Numbered from the stretch's first letter, positions 17,329 to 26,558 are shown. The stretch: DNA of 32,000 bases from Pseudoalteromonas translucida KMM 520 (GCF_001465295.1 NZ_CP011034.1:2400001-2432000); one strand, 5' to 3'. Notes: generated by a model from the sequence alone, not told the origin. Made by a program: numbers and translations.

Positions 17329-19002
17329 TTAAAATACACTTGATACCCCACGGCCTGTTTTTTCAGATGCCGCATCTAACTTACCCGCATTATTAATAAT
17401 TACATGCATATCGCCAAAGTGGCGCTCATCTAGGGTATAGCCCATTTTTATGAGTTGTGCTTTTACACTACTCTCAAGCCCAGAGTGCGCCCTAATTACA
17501 TTTTTAGGCCATAACTGATGATGAAAGCGGGGGCTATTAACGACCTCATCTGCGCTCATATTAAATTCTACTGCATTTAAAATAGACTCATACACTGAGC
17601 TAATAATAGTAGTGCCTCCTGGCGATCCTGTAACCATTTTAACGGTATTGTTTTTCAGTAATATAGTTGGTGTCATTGAACTGAGCATCCGCTTGTGCGG
17701 TTGTATTTCGTTGGCTTTACCGCCAATTGCACCAAATACGTTCATTACTCCGGGTTTAGCACTAAAGTCATCCATTTCATTATTTAGAATAAAACCGGCC
17801 CCTTCAACTACAACACCGCTACCAAAAGGTAAATTAATTGTAGTAGTATTGGCAACCGCATTACCCATTTTATCTACAATTGAAAAGTGCGTGGTTTGCT
17901 CGCTTTCATGCAGACCGGGGTTAATACTTTCGGTGCTTGTAATGGTTGTTAACGATATGTCATTGCTACGTTTTTTTAAATAATCTATATTGGTGAGTGC
18001 ATTAACGGGTACAGTATAAAAATCTGGATCCCCTAAGTATTCTGCTCTATCTGCAAATACACGCTTACCTATTTCAGCTAATAAATGAATGTACTGCGTG
18101 GAGTTATGCACCAACCCTGTACTAGGTTTTTGTAACTCGTACATTTTTAACCACTGTAATATGGCAATACCGCCCGAACTTGGTGGTGGCGACGTTAAAA
18201 CCTGATAGCCGTTCCAATTTGCTGTTATTGGTGTGCGAGACTTTGCCGTATAATTTTTTAAATCGTCTTGATTTATAATACCACCATGCTGGTGAATAAA
18301 TTTGGCAATAATATTTGCAGTTTCACCTTTATAAAAACCATCTTGGCCTTCGTCGCGTATGCGTTTGAGGGTTGTGGCTAATTGTGGTTGTTTAAATACT
18401 TTGTTAGCGGTTGCGGTTGCAAAATAATCGCCAAAATTAACATCAATATCATTATTTTTTAGCTCAGTAATATACTGTGTAATTTGCTGTGCTAGCTTAG
18501 GGGGGACAACAAACCCCTGCTCTGCTAAAGTTACCGCAGGTTGTAATAAGGTTTTCCACGCTAAGGTGCCATGTTTTTTATGCGCTAACCACATACCTGC
18601 AACACTACCTGGTACACCACTGGCATGAATACCGTAAATAGACTTATTAGCAATCACCTCGTCCTGCTCGTCTAAATACATGTCTCGGTGGGCAGCATTT
18701 GGCGCTGTTTCTCGGTAGTCAATAAAGTCTCCTTGGCCGTCTTTGTGGATCAACATAAAACCGCCACCACCAATATTTCCTGCCTCGGGTAGTGTTACTG
18801 CCAGTACGAACTGCGCAGTAATAGCTGCATCAACGGCATTTCCACCTTGCTCTAATATACTTTTAGCTGCTTGTGCACTAAACGCATCAGGCATTGCCAC
18901 GGCGCTCTGAGTAATTTGCTCTGCAGTTACACTAAATACGCTAAGCTGTAAAATTAAAATGCTTTTGGCGATTAATTTACTACGCGAAATAAACAAATTC
19001 AT
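17329..19002 (-). CDS. ggt: Gamma-glutamyltransferase (periplasmic, autoprocessing Ntn hydrolase)
   Basis: 557 aa with a signal peptide. The autocatalytic/nucleophile Thr motif is EQTTHFSIVD (E. coli has TTHYSVVD). The GGG(F/A)ML and SPGG motifs are present. Confidence 0.9.
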   Translation of the reverse strand: MNLFISRSKLIAKSILILQLSVFSVTAEQITQSAVAMPDAFSAQAAKSILEQGGNAVDAAITAQFVLAVTLPEAGNIGGGGFMLIHKDGQGDFIDYRETAPNAAHRDMYLDEQDEVIANKSIYGIHASGVPGSVAGMWLAHKKHGTLAWKTLLQPAVTLAEQGFVVPPKLAQQITQYITELKNNDIDVNFGDYFATATANKVFKQPQLATTLKRIRDEGQDGFYKGETANIIAKFIHQHGGIINQDDLKNYTAKSRTPITANWNGYQVLTSPPPSSGGIAILQWLKMYELQKPSTGLVHNSTQYIHLLAEIGKRVFADRAEYLGDPDFYTVPVNALTNIDYLKKRSNDISLTTITSTESINPGLHESEQTTHFSIVDKMGNAVANTTTINLPFGSGVVVEGAGFILNNEMDDFSAKPGVMNVFGAIGGKANEIQPHKRMLSSMTPTILLKNNTVKMVTGSPGGTTIISSVYESILNAVEFNMSADEVVNSPRFHHQLWPKNVIRAHSGLESSVKAQLIKMGYTLDERHFGDMHVIINNAGKLDAASEKTGRGVSSVF

Positions 19003-19119
19003 ACCATATCCTTTAAGTTATTATTATTAAAATATCTGTGTACATTAATGCACGGCAGTAAAGTGTTGGTCAATCAGTAAGCAGCATATTTTGCCTTACT
19101 TTTTATACATCGTTTTAAT

Positions 19120-19663
19120 TTATAGCGTGAGATTTTTTGAATAAAGTACAGCCGGTAAATCGCCATATTCATCACACTCGAGATAGCTTTTAATAAATTG
19201 CATTCCTAATTTTTCCATTATTTTAATAGAACCAAGGTTATCTTTAACTGCTGTGGCGCTAATTGCGTTAACCTCACTTTGTTTAGCTATTTCAAGGCAA
19301 ATCGCTGTAGCAGCCTCGGTGGCATAGCCATGTCCCCAACTTGCTTGTTTAAAACGCCAACCTATTTCTATATCACTATAATCAGGAGCAGTGCTAAAAA
19401 AATGCATCGGCCTGACTAGAATCCATCCTATAAAAGCATTGCTTTGTTTTTTTTGTAATTTGCCAAAGCCCCCAGCCTTTTTCTGCGTTTCGATAAGTCA
19501 GCATCTGCGGCACACTGCGGCTTTTTATTTGATCTAAGGAACTGGGCACACCTCGGGTTAAATATTGCATGACTGCGGGATCTTGGTCGAGTTCATATAA
19601 TTGCGGCCAATCATTTTTATCCATTAATTTAAAATTTAATCGCTTTGTTACGGGTATGTTCAT
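19120..19663 (-). pseudogene. GNAT-family (RimJ/RimL-like) N-acetyltransferase, frameshifted in an A8 homopolymer
   Basis: Track ORFs 19394..19663 and 19120..19407 are the N- and C-terminal halves of one GNAT. Shifting one frame after the A8 run (T8 on the plus strand, 19447..19454) reads ..ITKK-QSNAFIGWILVRPMHFFSTAPDYSDIEIGWRF.., a continuous GNAT core. Confidence 0.7.
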
Positions 19664-19718
19664 TTTCGTTACTTATAATGGTGTTAAATATTATTTTATA
19701 TCGATGGGAAAATTACAC

Positions 19719-20084
19719 ATGAATAAATTAGCAGGTTTAGCATTATTAGGCACTTTAATTACATTAACCGCGTGTGAAGATGCCAAAGAGATCAAAGAAG
19801 ACGCTAAAGACACCGGTGCTCAAGTGCAGCAAGAGCTAGATAAAGCGTGGACTAAAGTAAAAGAAACCACTCACGAAATTAAACATGACGAGTCGCTAAA
19901 TCAGTTATTACAGCAAAGTAAAGCAATGGGTTTAGATATGTACGATGACGGCAAAGAAGTTGCTGTGGACGCGTGGATAAAAAGTAAAGAAACGGCAGGC
20001 GAGCTAACCGAAAAAACCAAACAAAAAGCACGTGAAATTGCCGAAGAAATTGAGCAAGCACGTAAAGATCTTAACAAAGATTAA
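19719..20084 (+). CDS. Small Lys/Glu-rich lipoprotein of unknown function
   Basis: The sequence begins MNKLAGLALLGTLITLTAC, with the lipobox L-T-A-C. The mature part is highly charged and predicted helical, with an internal repeat (DKAWTKVKETTHE / VDAWIKSKETAGE). The track start at 19569 is rejected because it overlaps the divergent GNAT gene. Confidence 0.6.
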   Translation: MNKLAGLALLGTLITLTACEDAKEIKEDAKDTGAQVQQELDKAWTKVKETTHEIKHDESLNQLLQQSKAMGLDMYDDGKEVAVDAWIKSKETAGELTEKTKQKAREIAEEIEQARKDLNKD

Positions 20085-20102
20085 TTTTTCCCTACTAATA
20101 TT

Positions 20103-20132
20103 AAAAAAGGTAAGCCGCGGCTTACCTTTTTT
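20103..20132. terminator. Bidirectional rho-independent terminator between the lipoprotein gene and the TonB-dependent receptor gene
   Basis: AAAAAAGGTAAGCCGCGGCTTACCTTTTTT: a GC-rich palindrome flanked by an A6 and a T6 run. Confidence 0.8.
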
Positions 20133-20158
20133 GTTTAAAATGCGTTAGTTTAATTAGT

Positions 20159-22345
20159 TTACAGCTCAAAGTCTTTTTTGAACTTTAAACCAAATTCACT
20201 GCGGTCATTACTGCGCATAACGCCAACAAAACCAGTTTGTTGTAAGCGTCCTACATCGTACACTTCGTTTAATACGTTTTCACCATATAGCGTTACTTCC
20301 ATATCGCCGTACGGGTTAGTGTAAGAAATATTAAAGCCAACTAACTCACGAGAATCAATTGTTTCGCTGTAGTTAAATACTGACTGACCTTGCATTTCAC
20401 TACGATACGAGTAGTTTGCATTAAAAGCCAGAGTGCCACCGTTATTTAAATCCATAAAATATGAAGGCGCAATCATCACAGTCCAGCGTGGTGTTAATGC
20501 AGGCGAATCGCCTTTACCAATTCCTTGAACGCCTGCTGCTACTTCACTAATTTCTGAATCTAAGTAACCCACTGCACTGCGAATAGTAAAGTCATCAGTA
20601 ATAGCTACTGTTGTTTCAAGCTCAATACCTTGTGCTTTTGATTGACCAGCATTTTCAACGATAGTTACAAAACCACCGCCCGAAGTAGGATCTGAAAATG
20701 GCAGCGCTAAATCTGTGTAGTCAGTTACAAATACGGCCAACATCATAGATACATTTTCGTGTACTTGGCCTTTTAAGCCAATTTCGTAGTTAATTGCTTT
20801 TGTTTCATCAAATGATGAAAACTGATCAGGGCCGCCAAATGGACGCGGTGGGAAGCCGCCTGTTTGGTAACCTTTTTGAACTTGACCATACACATTCATA
20901 TTATTACTAAGCTGGTACGAAGCATTTATATCCCACGTCACAGCATCAAAGTCTGCAGATACATATTTACGTTCGGCAAAAGATGGAAAAATTGCATTCG
21001 CTTCTTTTTTATCTTTTGAGTAGCGCAGGCCACCACCAACGCTTAAGTCGTCGGTTAAATCGTAGCTGGCATTAAAGTAAGCAGCATAAGAGTTAGTTTC
21101 TTGATTTATTTCGAAGAAGCCAAAACTGTCTGGCGTATTATATGGGCTAAATACAAAGTCTTCTGAGCGGGTAAAACCATCTTCATTAAAGAAGTACAAG
21201 CCAGATACGAAGTCCATGTTGTCATACGTTGCGTTTAACTGAACTTCAAATGAGTATTGATCAGCACCACCTTGCTCTGGAAACTCAGATAAATTAAGCG
21301 CTGATGCATCATCATCTAAACCGCCTTCATATTCAGAGGTACGGTAGCTTGAGATAAATTTACTTGAATAAGTGTCGTTAATTGCCCAATCAGCAGCAAA
21401 TGAAGTACCCCAACCTGAGTAAGAAGTTGATTCAATACCAGCAACGGTTGTGCCTAAATCATCTGGATTTACCGGAATTAAGTCTGGTGTTAATAATGGG
21501 AAGTCGCCATTGTTCTCATCATTTGGGTCAAGTGGTGCGGTAAGCTCAATAGTATAAGGCGATTGACCCGATTCGTTATCAACGCCATCTAAAGAAAAAG
21601 TAAATGCAAGGTCGCTCGTTGCTTGGTATTTAAATGCAACACGGCCACTAAACTCTTGCTCTTCACCAATTTCTTTTTCTGGGTTAGCTAAATTAACCGC
21701 AGTACCTACCCCATCACGCTGCTTGTACGACGCACTTGCTGACATACTTAAGTCATCAGTTAATGCGTTATTAAAGTAAATATCGCCTGCTATACGACCG
21801 CGGCTACCCACTTTTGCAGTCGTTGTTAAAATGCCTTCATCACCTGGCTGTTTGGTTATTACATTAACCGCGCCACCTAAAGTATTACGGCCATATAAAG
21901 TACCTTGAGGGCCACGCAGTACTTCTACACGCTCAACATTCGGTAGCGATAAATTTGACCCCATTTGACGGCCTAAGTACACACCATCTAAGTAAACCCC
22001 AACACCAGGATCGGTAGTAATAACATGATCTTGAAGGCCTATACCGCGAATAAACACAGATGCATGCGCAGAGTTACCCACGCCATAGCGAGTAATATTT
22101 AAATTGGGTACATATTTACCAATATCTTCTAAATTACTCATATTGGCTTTATCAATAAGGTTTGCACCAATTGATGTAATTGCGGTTGGAGACTCAAATA
22201 AACTTTCTGTACGTTTACGAGCGGTTACTTCTATTTTTTCAAACGCGTCTTGCTTTGCTGTTGTTTTGGTTTCTTCTGCATTTACTGAAGTAGTGAGTGC
22301 AGCAAAAATTGCTAAGCTTAACGGTGAGAGGTTGCGTAATTTCAA
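20159..22345 (-). CDS. TonB-dependent outer-membrane receptor
   Basis: 728 aa. The signal peptide is MKLRNLSPLSLAIFAALTTSVNA. The plug region is IEVTARKRTESLFESPTAITSI..VEVLRGPQGTLYGRNTLGGAVNVI, followed by a long beta-barrel with alternating pattern. The start is TTG with GGAG 8 nt upstream. Confidence 0.85.
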   Translation of the reverse strand: MKLRNLSPLSLAIFAALTTSVNAEETKTTAKQDAFEKIEVTARKRTESLFESPTAITSIGANLIDKANMSNLEDIGKYVPNLNITRYGVGNSAHASVFIRGIGLQDHVITTDPGVGVYLDGVYLGRQMGSNLSLPNVERVEVLRGPQGTLYGRNTLGGAVNVITKQPGDEGILTTTAKVGSRGRIAGDIYFNNALTDDLSMSASASYKQRDGVGTAVNLANPEKEIGEEQEFSGRVAFKYQATSDLAFTFSLDGVDNESGQSPYTIELTAPLDPNDENNGDFPLLTPDLIPVNPDDLGTTVAGIESTSYSGWGTSFAADWAINDTYSSKFISSYRTSEYEGGLDDDASALNLSEFPEQGGADQYSFEVQLNATYDNMDFVSGLYFFNEDGFTRSEDFVFSPYNTPDSFGFFEINQETNSYAAYFNASYDLTDDLSVGGGLRYSKDKKEANAIFPSFAERKYVSADFDAVTWDINASYQLSNNMNVYGQVQKGYQTGGFPPRPFGGPDQFSSFDETKAINYEIGLKGQVHENVSMMLAVFVTDYTDLALPFSDPTSGGGFVTIVENAGQSKAQGIELETTVAITDDFTIRSAVGYLDSEISEVAAGVQGIGKGDSPALTPRWTVMIAPSYFMDLNNGGTLAFNANYSYRSEMQGQSVFNYSETIDSRELVGFNISYTNPYGDMEVTLYGENVLNEVYDVGRLQQTGFVGVMRSNDRSEFGLKFKKDFEL

Positions 22346-22451
22346 AAATAATCTCCAAAGGGTATAGGTTTTGTTATGCGTTATATTTTTATAAAATATA
22401 AATTGTAGGCATAAAAAAAGATGCGTTGTAGCATCTTTCCTCTGGATGTAA

Positions 22452-22488
22452 ATTATATGATATAAACACGATGATATGTATCATTTTC
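22452..22488 (-). promoter_or_regulatory. Candidate Fur-box overlapping a promoter with a perfect TATAAT -10, upstream of the TonB-dependent receptor
   Basis: On the minus strand, GAAAATGATACATATCATC (22488..22470) matches GATAATGATAATCATTATC at 14 of 19 positions. TATAAT lies at 22457..22452. Confidence 0.35.
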
Positions 22489-22729
22489 TAATATTTTATT
22501 AATAAAAATCCTGCTGCGCCGCAACTTCTCGCTAAAATTATTCAGTAAAACGCCATTCACCTTAAATTTTTAAATGAAGAGGTAAATAAATCCACAGACT
22601 CTATTGCATATACTACAATTAAAGGAATCTATTTAAGTTAAATAACAAACGACTTGTACATTATTCCACCATTTATATTAACTGAACTTAGGAATATAGT
22701 ATTAATACATAAGTATATGGAATAAATTA

Positions 22730-23320
22730 ATGGCAATTGAAAATATAACGAATAAACAGACAAAGTGTTTAAATACTTCCGGGTATACTTCTTTATTTTG
22801 TGTAGCAACACAATACAATATATTGCTGGTAAATTATCAAGCACTTAACGTTATCACTAACTATGAACTAATTAATCAGTTTATGTTAAAAAATGAGCAC
22901 CAAGGGCTTGTTATATTTGATGTACCTAAAGACAGTGATGTTATTCCATTAAAAGAATGGCCTAATTTAAAAGGCTTATTTTATGCTAATACAGACGAAG
23001 CTCTTTTTCACCAAGGGTTAGAAGCGATTAATAAGGGAGAACTTTGGTTTCCTCGCGCGGTTACCGATTGTTGGATGAGGCAAATGCTGGCTAGCGAGCA
23101 ACAAACAACTCTGCAGTCGAATAATCTTACCTGTAAAGAAATTAAAGTTTTAAACTTACTGTTTTCAGGAATGCACTCCAGTGCTATTGCCGATAGCCTG
23201 TTTATCAGCGAAGCAACTGTGCGAGTTCATTTACATAAGGTGTATCAAAAAATCGCCGTTAAAAATAAACAGCAAGCACTTGCATGGTGTCAAAAAAACT
23301 TAAACAAAGTTAATAGTTAA
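22730..23320 (+). CDS. CsgD/VpsT-family LuxR-type transcriptional regulator (degenerate receiver-like N-domain plus HTH)
   Basis: The C-terminal HTH LFISEATVRVHLHKVYQKIAVKNKQQALAW closely resembles CsgD (LFISENTVKTHLYNLFKKIAVKNRTQAVSW). WPNLKGLFY resembles CsgD WPHINGVFY. The start codon is uncertain. Confidence 0.8.
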   Translation: MAIENITNKQTKCLNTSGYTSLFCVATQYNILLVNYQALNVITNYELINQFMLKNEHQGLVIFDVPKDSDVIPLKEWPNLKGLFYANTDEALFHQGLEAINKGELWFPRAVTDCWMRQMLASEQQTTLQSNNLTCKEIKVLNLLFSGMHSSAIADSLFISEATVRVHLHKVYQKIAVKNKQQALAWCQKNLNKVNS

Positions 23321-24161
23321 GCGGGCTAATTTGAAACCTTATAGTATCTGAATACTCACCTGCAGCTTGCTCTTGAAAATCAGCTAACTGTATTTTAAGT
23401 GGCAATAAAAACACAGTTTGCCCAGCGTATGAAAACGTTTTATTTGTATCTTGACCCAATCCTAACCAATTACCCGCTAAATCTAAATTATAATCTATCG
23501 CATATTGTTGCTGGTACATACTGTGCACTAACTTACCTTTATTATCAGAGCTAACACGCAGCTGAATATCTGAATTAGTCACTACTTGCAGGCTAGGCAA
23601 CATAGCGTATTCTTGCAGAGGTATTAATTCTCCTAAGTTAATGGTATTTGCAAAAGTATTATAACCAAGCACCGACAGGCTGGTTCTTGGGGCAATATCT
23701 GTTTCAATATCAAGTTGACGTTCATCGAGCAGCTGATTATTTTGATCATAAAGTTTTATTTGCAGCCTATCTGTGTATAACCCTGCTTTTACCGGTGTAC
23801 CCGATGGGATCAAAAGCTCAACTTCAGCCGCCGACTCTACAAGTTGTAAACGACTAATTGATGAGCTGACTAACTGCTGAGTATCACTGCGAAATTGATA
23901 AGCAATACTTTGAAAAGCGCCTCTTAACTGCGCTTGGTTTTCACTGGTTAATATTATATGCAGCTGGCACTGCTCGTCATTTATTACATTAATGCGCAGC
24001 TGCTTTTTTGCATCTACTTTTTGTAATGCATGGTACTGATCAAAGTCATCAAATAAGTGGTCAATATTATCTAACCTTGCATTACACTGTGCATAGCTAA
24101 TATGAGGTAAAAGCAATAAAGCAAAGCCGCTAATAAAGGTAACCATTTTTTTAGTGTACAT
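23310..24161 (-). CDS. Two-domain SCPU-type pilus tip/adhesin-like subunit (CsuE/CupE6 position)
   Basis: The signal peptide is MYTKKMVTFISGFALLLLPHISYA. I chose the start at 24161, which has AAGGA 7 nt upstream. There are two SCPU-like C-terminal motifs, AGLYTDRLQIKL in the middle of the protein and AGEYSDTIRFQI at the C-terminus. It is the last gene of the operon, after the usher. Confidence 0.65.
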   Translation of the reverse strand: MYTKKMVTFISGFALLLLPHISYAQCNARLDNIDHLFDDFDQYHALQKVDAKKQLRINVINDEQCQLHIILTSENQAQLRGAFQSIAYQFRSDTQQLVSSSISRLQLVESAAEVELLIPSGTPVKAGLYTDRLQIKLYDQNNQLLDERQLDIETDIAPRTSLSVLGYNTFANTINLGELIPLQEYAMLPSLQVVTNSDIQLRVSSDNKGKLVHSMYQQQYAIDYNLDLAGNWLGLGQDTNKTFSYAGQTVFLLPLKIQLADFQEQAAGEYSDTIRFQISPLNY

Positions 24162-26556
24162 AAATATTTCCTTTTCTTTGTAGTTGCTCACCTTCTTTTA
24201 CATCTAAAATAAATTGCGATTTTTCGCTATTATTTAATTTAACTTCGTAACTACAAGGTATAAGCCCAGTTAGTGCAAAACGACCCGATTTATTAGTAAA
24301 AAACTTATGCTCTTTATTACTTTTATCGCTAGAACAAATAGCAACGCCAACTTGTAAAGCTAATGGCTGCTGTTGTTGGTCAAGTAAAGTAGCGATTACT
24401 GAAATATTAGCATCCGTGCCAATCATTACATTATGGCCACTTTTATAGGATGGAAAAAGCACGATGAGCCCCGACCCAAGGTCATATCCTGGAGCCAAAT
24501 TATCTATTTCTACTGATACTGATGAGCTAGTATAAGAATTAACATCACTTAGTAAAATAGTGTCAAAATCGGCGTTATTTGCCCTATATTGCTTTTTGTT
24601 TTTATCTAATGTAACTATGTTATTCTTTAGACTTGAGTGTGCGCTCACTACTGCAAAACTATCACTGATAGGCTTACCGATTGCCCACTCAGTTTCAGCA
24701 AAAGCTAAACTGGAGGCAAAACTAACCCTACTTTGGTGCGAAGCCGAATTACTATCTAACTGTTCAAATGCACTAACGTGATCCATACTGACTAAAAAGC
24801 GATTCGCGCTGTATTGGGTGTTTAAATCAAGTAAAGCGTCATTCTCATCATTATTTTCAATTCCGGCTCTAAAACTAAATGCGCCTACATAACGTTGATT
24901 AGCATCTTGCGTGTACTCTAAGCGAGTTTTACTTCGCCTTGACTCGTGAGAGAGCTGACCTCTGCGAGAATTAGTAAATTTATAAAATAAAGACAACCGT
25001 ACTCCCCAGTCATTTTTCTCAGCTATCTCATCCCATTGAACTCCAACGTTATAACGCCAGTCACTATCATTTAAATTACCTGTAAAATTAACACCTGCAG
25101 ATTTGTTAAAATAACTTTGTTCATACTCTCTGGATAAACTAGCAAAAAAGCTGGCTTGGACTGAAGGGCTATACACAAAGCTATAATTTGCCTGCATTTG
25201 ATGCTGCAGCTGAACGTTATTTTGCGAATCGGGCCGATACCCGAGCGTACGAAAATTTACCGAGCTGTACTCATAACCTACGCTAAAATCTTGTTGTAAG
25301 ACACTACTGTCATTAAAGCTACTATAAACTAACCGGTAAGCATGGCCCGTATGCTCACCAAAACTGATTGCATTTTCAAATGCAATTTGCCCTATGTTAG
25401 CGGCATAAATACTTTTAAAGCCTATTTGCTGTATTAGTTTATCTGCTTGGGCTGTAAAGCCAGTGGTCCAACTTGGCGACATACCATAATTAATATAACT
25501 GCTCATAAGTGGGTAGTCATTATTATATTCTAGTTGCTCTCTTAATTGCGCGGGTATACCTAAGTGAACTTCGTATTCTAATTGGCCTTGTGCAAATAAA
25601 TCTAAACCGGTTGTCACATCAAAATTAACATAACGCACCACTCCTGCAATATCAGTTATTTTTAGGGTAATGTTGTTGCTCCCTTCGCTTAAAGGTATGT
25701 CAGCTAATGAATAGATACCTGCCGTTAAATTTAGCCTCCGTATTATTCTATTCTCTACTAGTACTTCCACTGAGGATGGGCTTTCTAAGGTAAAACTTTT
25801 TGAGGCACTCGGTCGAATAGGCCTGTCAGAAACCAACGAAAAGTCATGAGCAAGTGAAACCCCTAAAAAGCGTGATGTAGATTGAAAATAACTTCCTGTA
25901 CTATAGTTATCACCTACTGAAACGCGCATACCTTGAAGGGGTAAATCATGTACTAACCGCGTACCTAAACGTTTAACGTTTGATGAAGAAGGTGATATAT
26001 CTGATAAATACTCCAACTCGTTTTCTATTACCCACCCGCGCCAGTTCATTACCATTTCAGTACGCGTCGCTAATTGCTTTTTTACCGTATCTTTACTGTT
26101 ATTTTGTTGATATAAATAGCTAGAGTATAAATTTATAAAGCCACTTAAATTAGCCACGTCTGATGCCTGAAGTCGCCTAAAATTAGACTGTAATGTTAAT
26201 GTTTGCGGGCGAGTTAAGTTAAGAGGGGCAATTATTTTCAAGCTGAAATCACTTAAATCAAAATTAAAAACAAAACCAAACGTCTCTAGCGCCTCTTGGC
26301 TTAGCGACCCCTTAGTCACTTTTTCTGCAAGTGTTGTAAAACCTTCTGGATACAACAAGCCCTTAAATACAGCTTCAACGTCTTCCCATTTAAGTAATAA
26401 GTTATCATTCGGCTCAACAACTAATGTTACTTTACCTATCGCAGTTTTATTTAACTCGGCTTCAATACTCAGCTCAATAGCTTGATTGGTTGGGTTTATT
26501 TTTGCATCGCAAGTATATGAAAAGACAATAAGGAAAAAGCCGAAAAATAAGCGCAT
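24151..26556 (-). CDS. Fimbrial outer-membrane usher (archaic/sigma type)
   Basis: 801 aa with the signal peptide MRLFFGFFLIVFSYTCDA. It has beta-barrel-like alternating sequence throughout. It lies directly downstream of the chaperones (2-nt spacing) and upstream of the tip subunit. Its size and position match CsuD/CupE5. Confidence 0.75.
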   Translation of the reverse strand: MRLFFGFFLIVFSYTCDAKINPTNQAIELSIEAELNKTAIGKVTLVVEPNDNLLLKWEDVEAVFKGLLYPEGFTTLAEKVTKGSLSQEALETFGFVFNFDLSDFSLKIIAPLNLTRPQTLTLQSNFRRLQASDVANLSGFINLYSSYLYQQNNSKDTVKKQLATRTEMVMNWRGWVIENELEYLSDISPSSSNVKRLGTRLVHDLPLQGMRVSVGDNYSTGSYFQSTSRFLGVSLAHDFSLVSDRPIRPSASKSFTLESPSSVEVLVENRIIRRLNLTAGIYSLADIPLSEGSNNITLKITDIAGVVRYVNFDVTTGLDLFAQGQLEYEVHLGIPAQLREQLEYNNDYPLMSSYINYGMSPSWTTGFTAQADKLIQQIGFKSIYAANIGQIAFENAISFGEHTGHAYRLVYSSFNDSSVLQQDFSVGYEYSSVNFRTLGYRPDSQNNVQLQHQMQANYSFVYSPSVQASFFASLSREYEQSYFNKSAGVNFTGNLNDSDWRYNVGVQWDEIAEKNDWGVRLSLFYKFTNSRRGQLSHESRRSKTRLEYTQDANQRYVGAFSFRAGIENNDENDALLDLNTQYSANRFLVSMDHVSAFEQLDSNSASHQSRVSFASSLAFAETEWAIGKPISDSFAVVSAHSSLKNNIVTLDKNKKQYRANNADFDTILLSDVNSYTSSSVSVEIDNLAPGYDLGSGLIVLFPSYKSGHNVMIGTDANISVIATLLDQQQQPLALQVGVAICSSDKSNKEHKFFTNKSGRFALTGLIPCSYEVKLNNSEKSQFILDVKEGEQLQRKGNIYVH

Positions 26557-26558
26557 AT

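Noticed and set aside
22413-22488. A Fur-regulated small RNA made from the TATAAT promoter and ending at the hairpin.
   Set aside because: The predicted transcript would be only about 30-40 nt, too short for a typical Fur-controlled sRNA. The elements are better interpreted as the promoter and leader of the TonB-dependent receptor gene, as reported in the findings.
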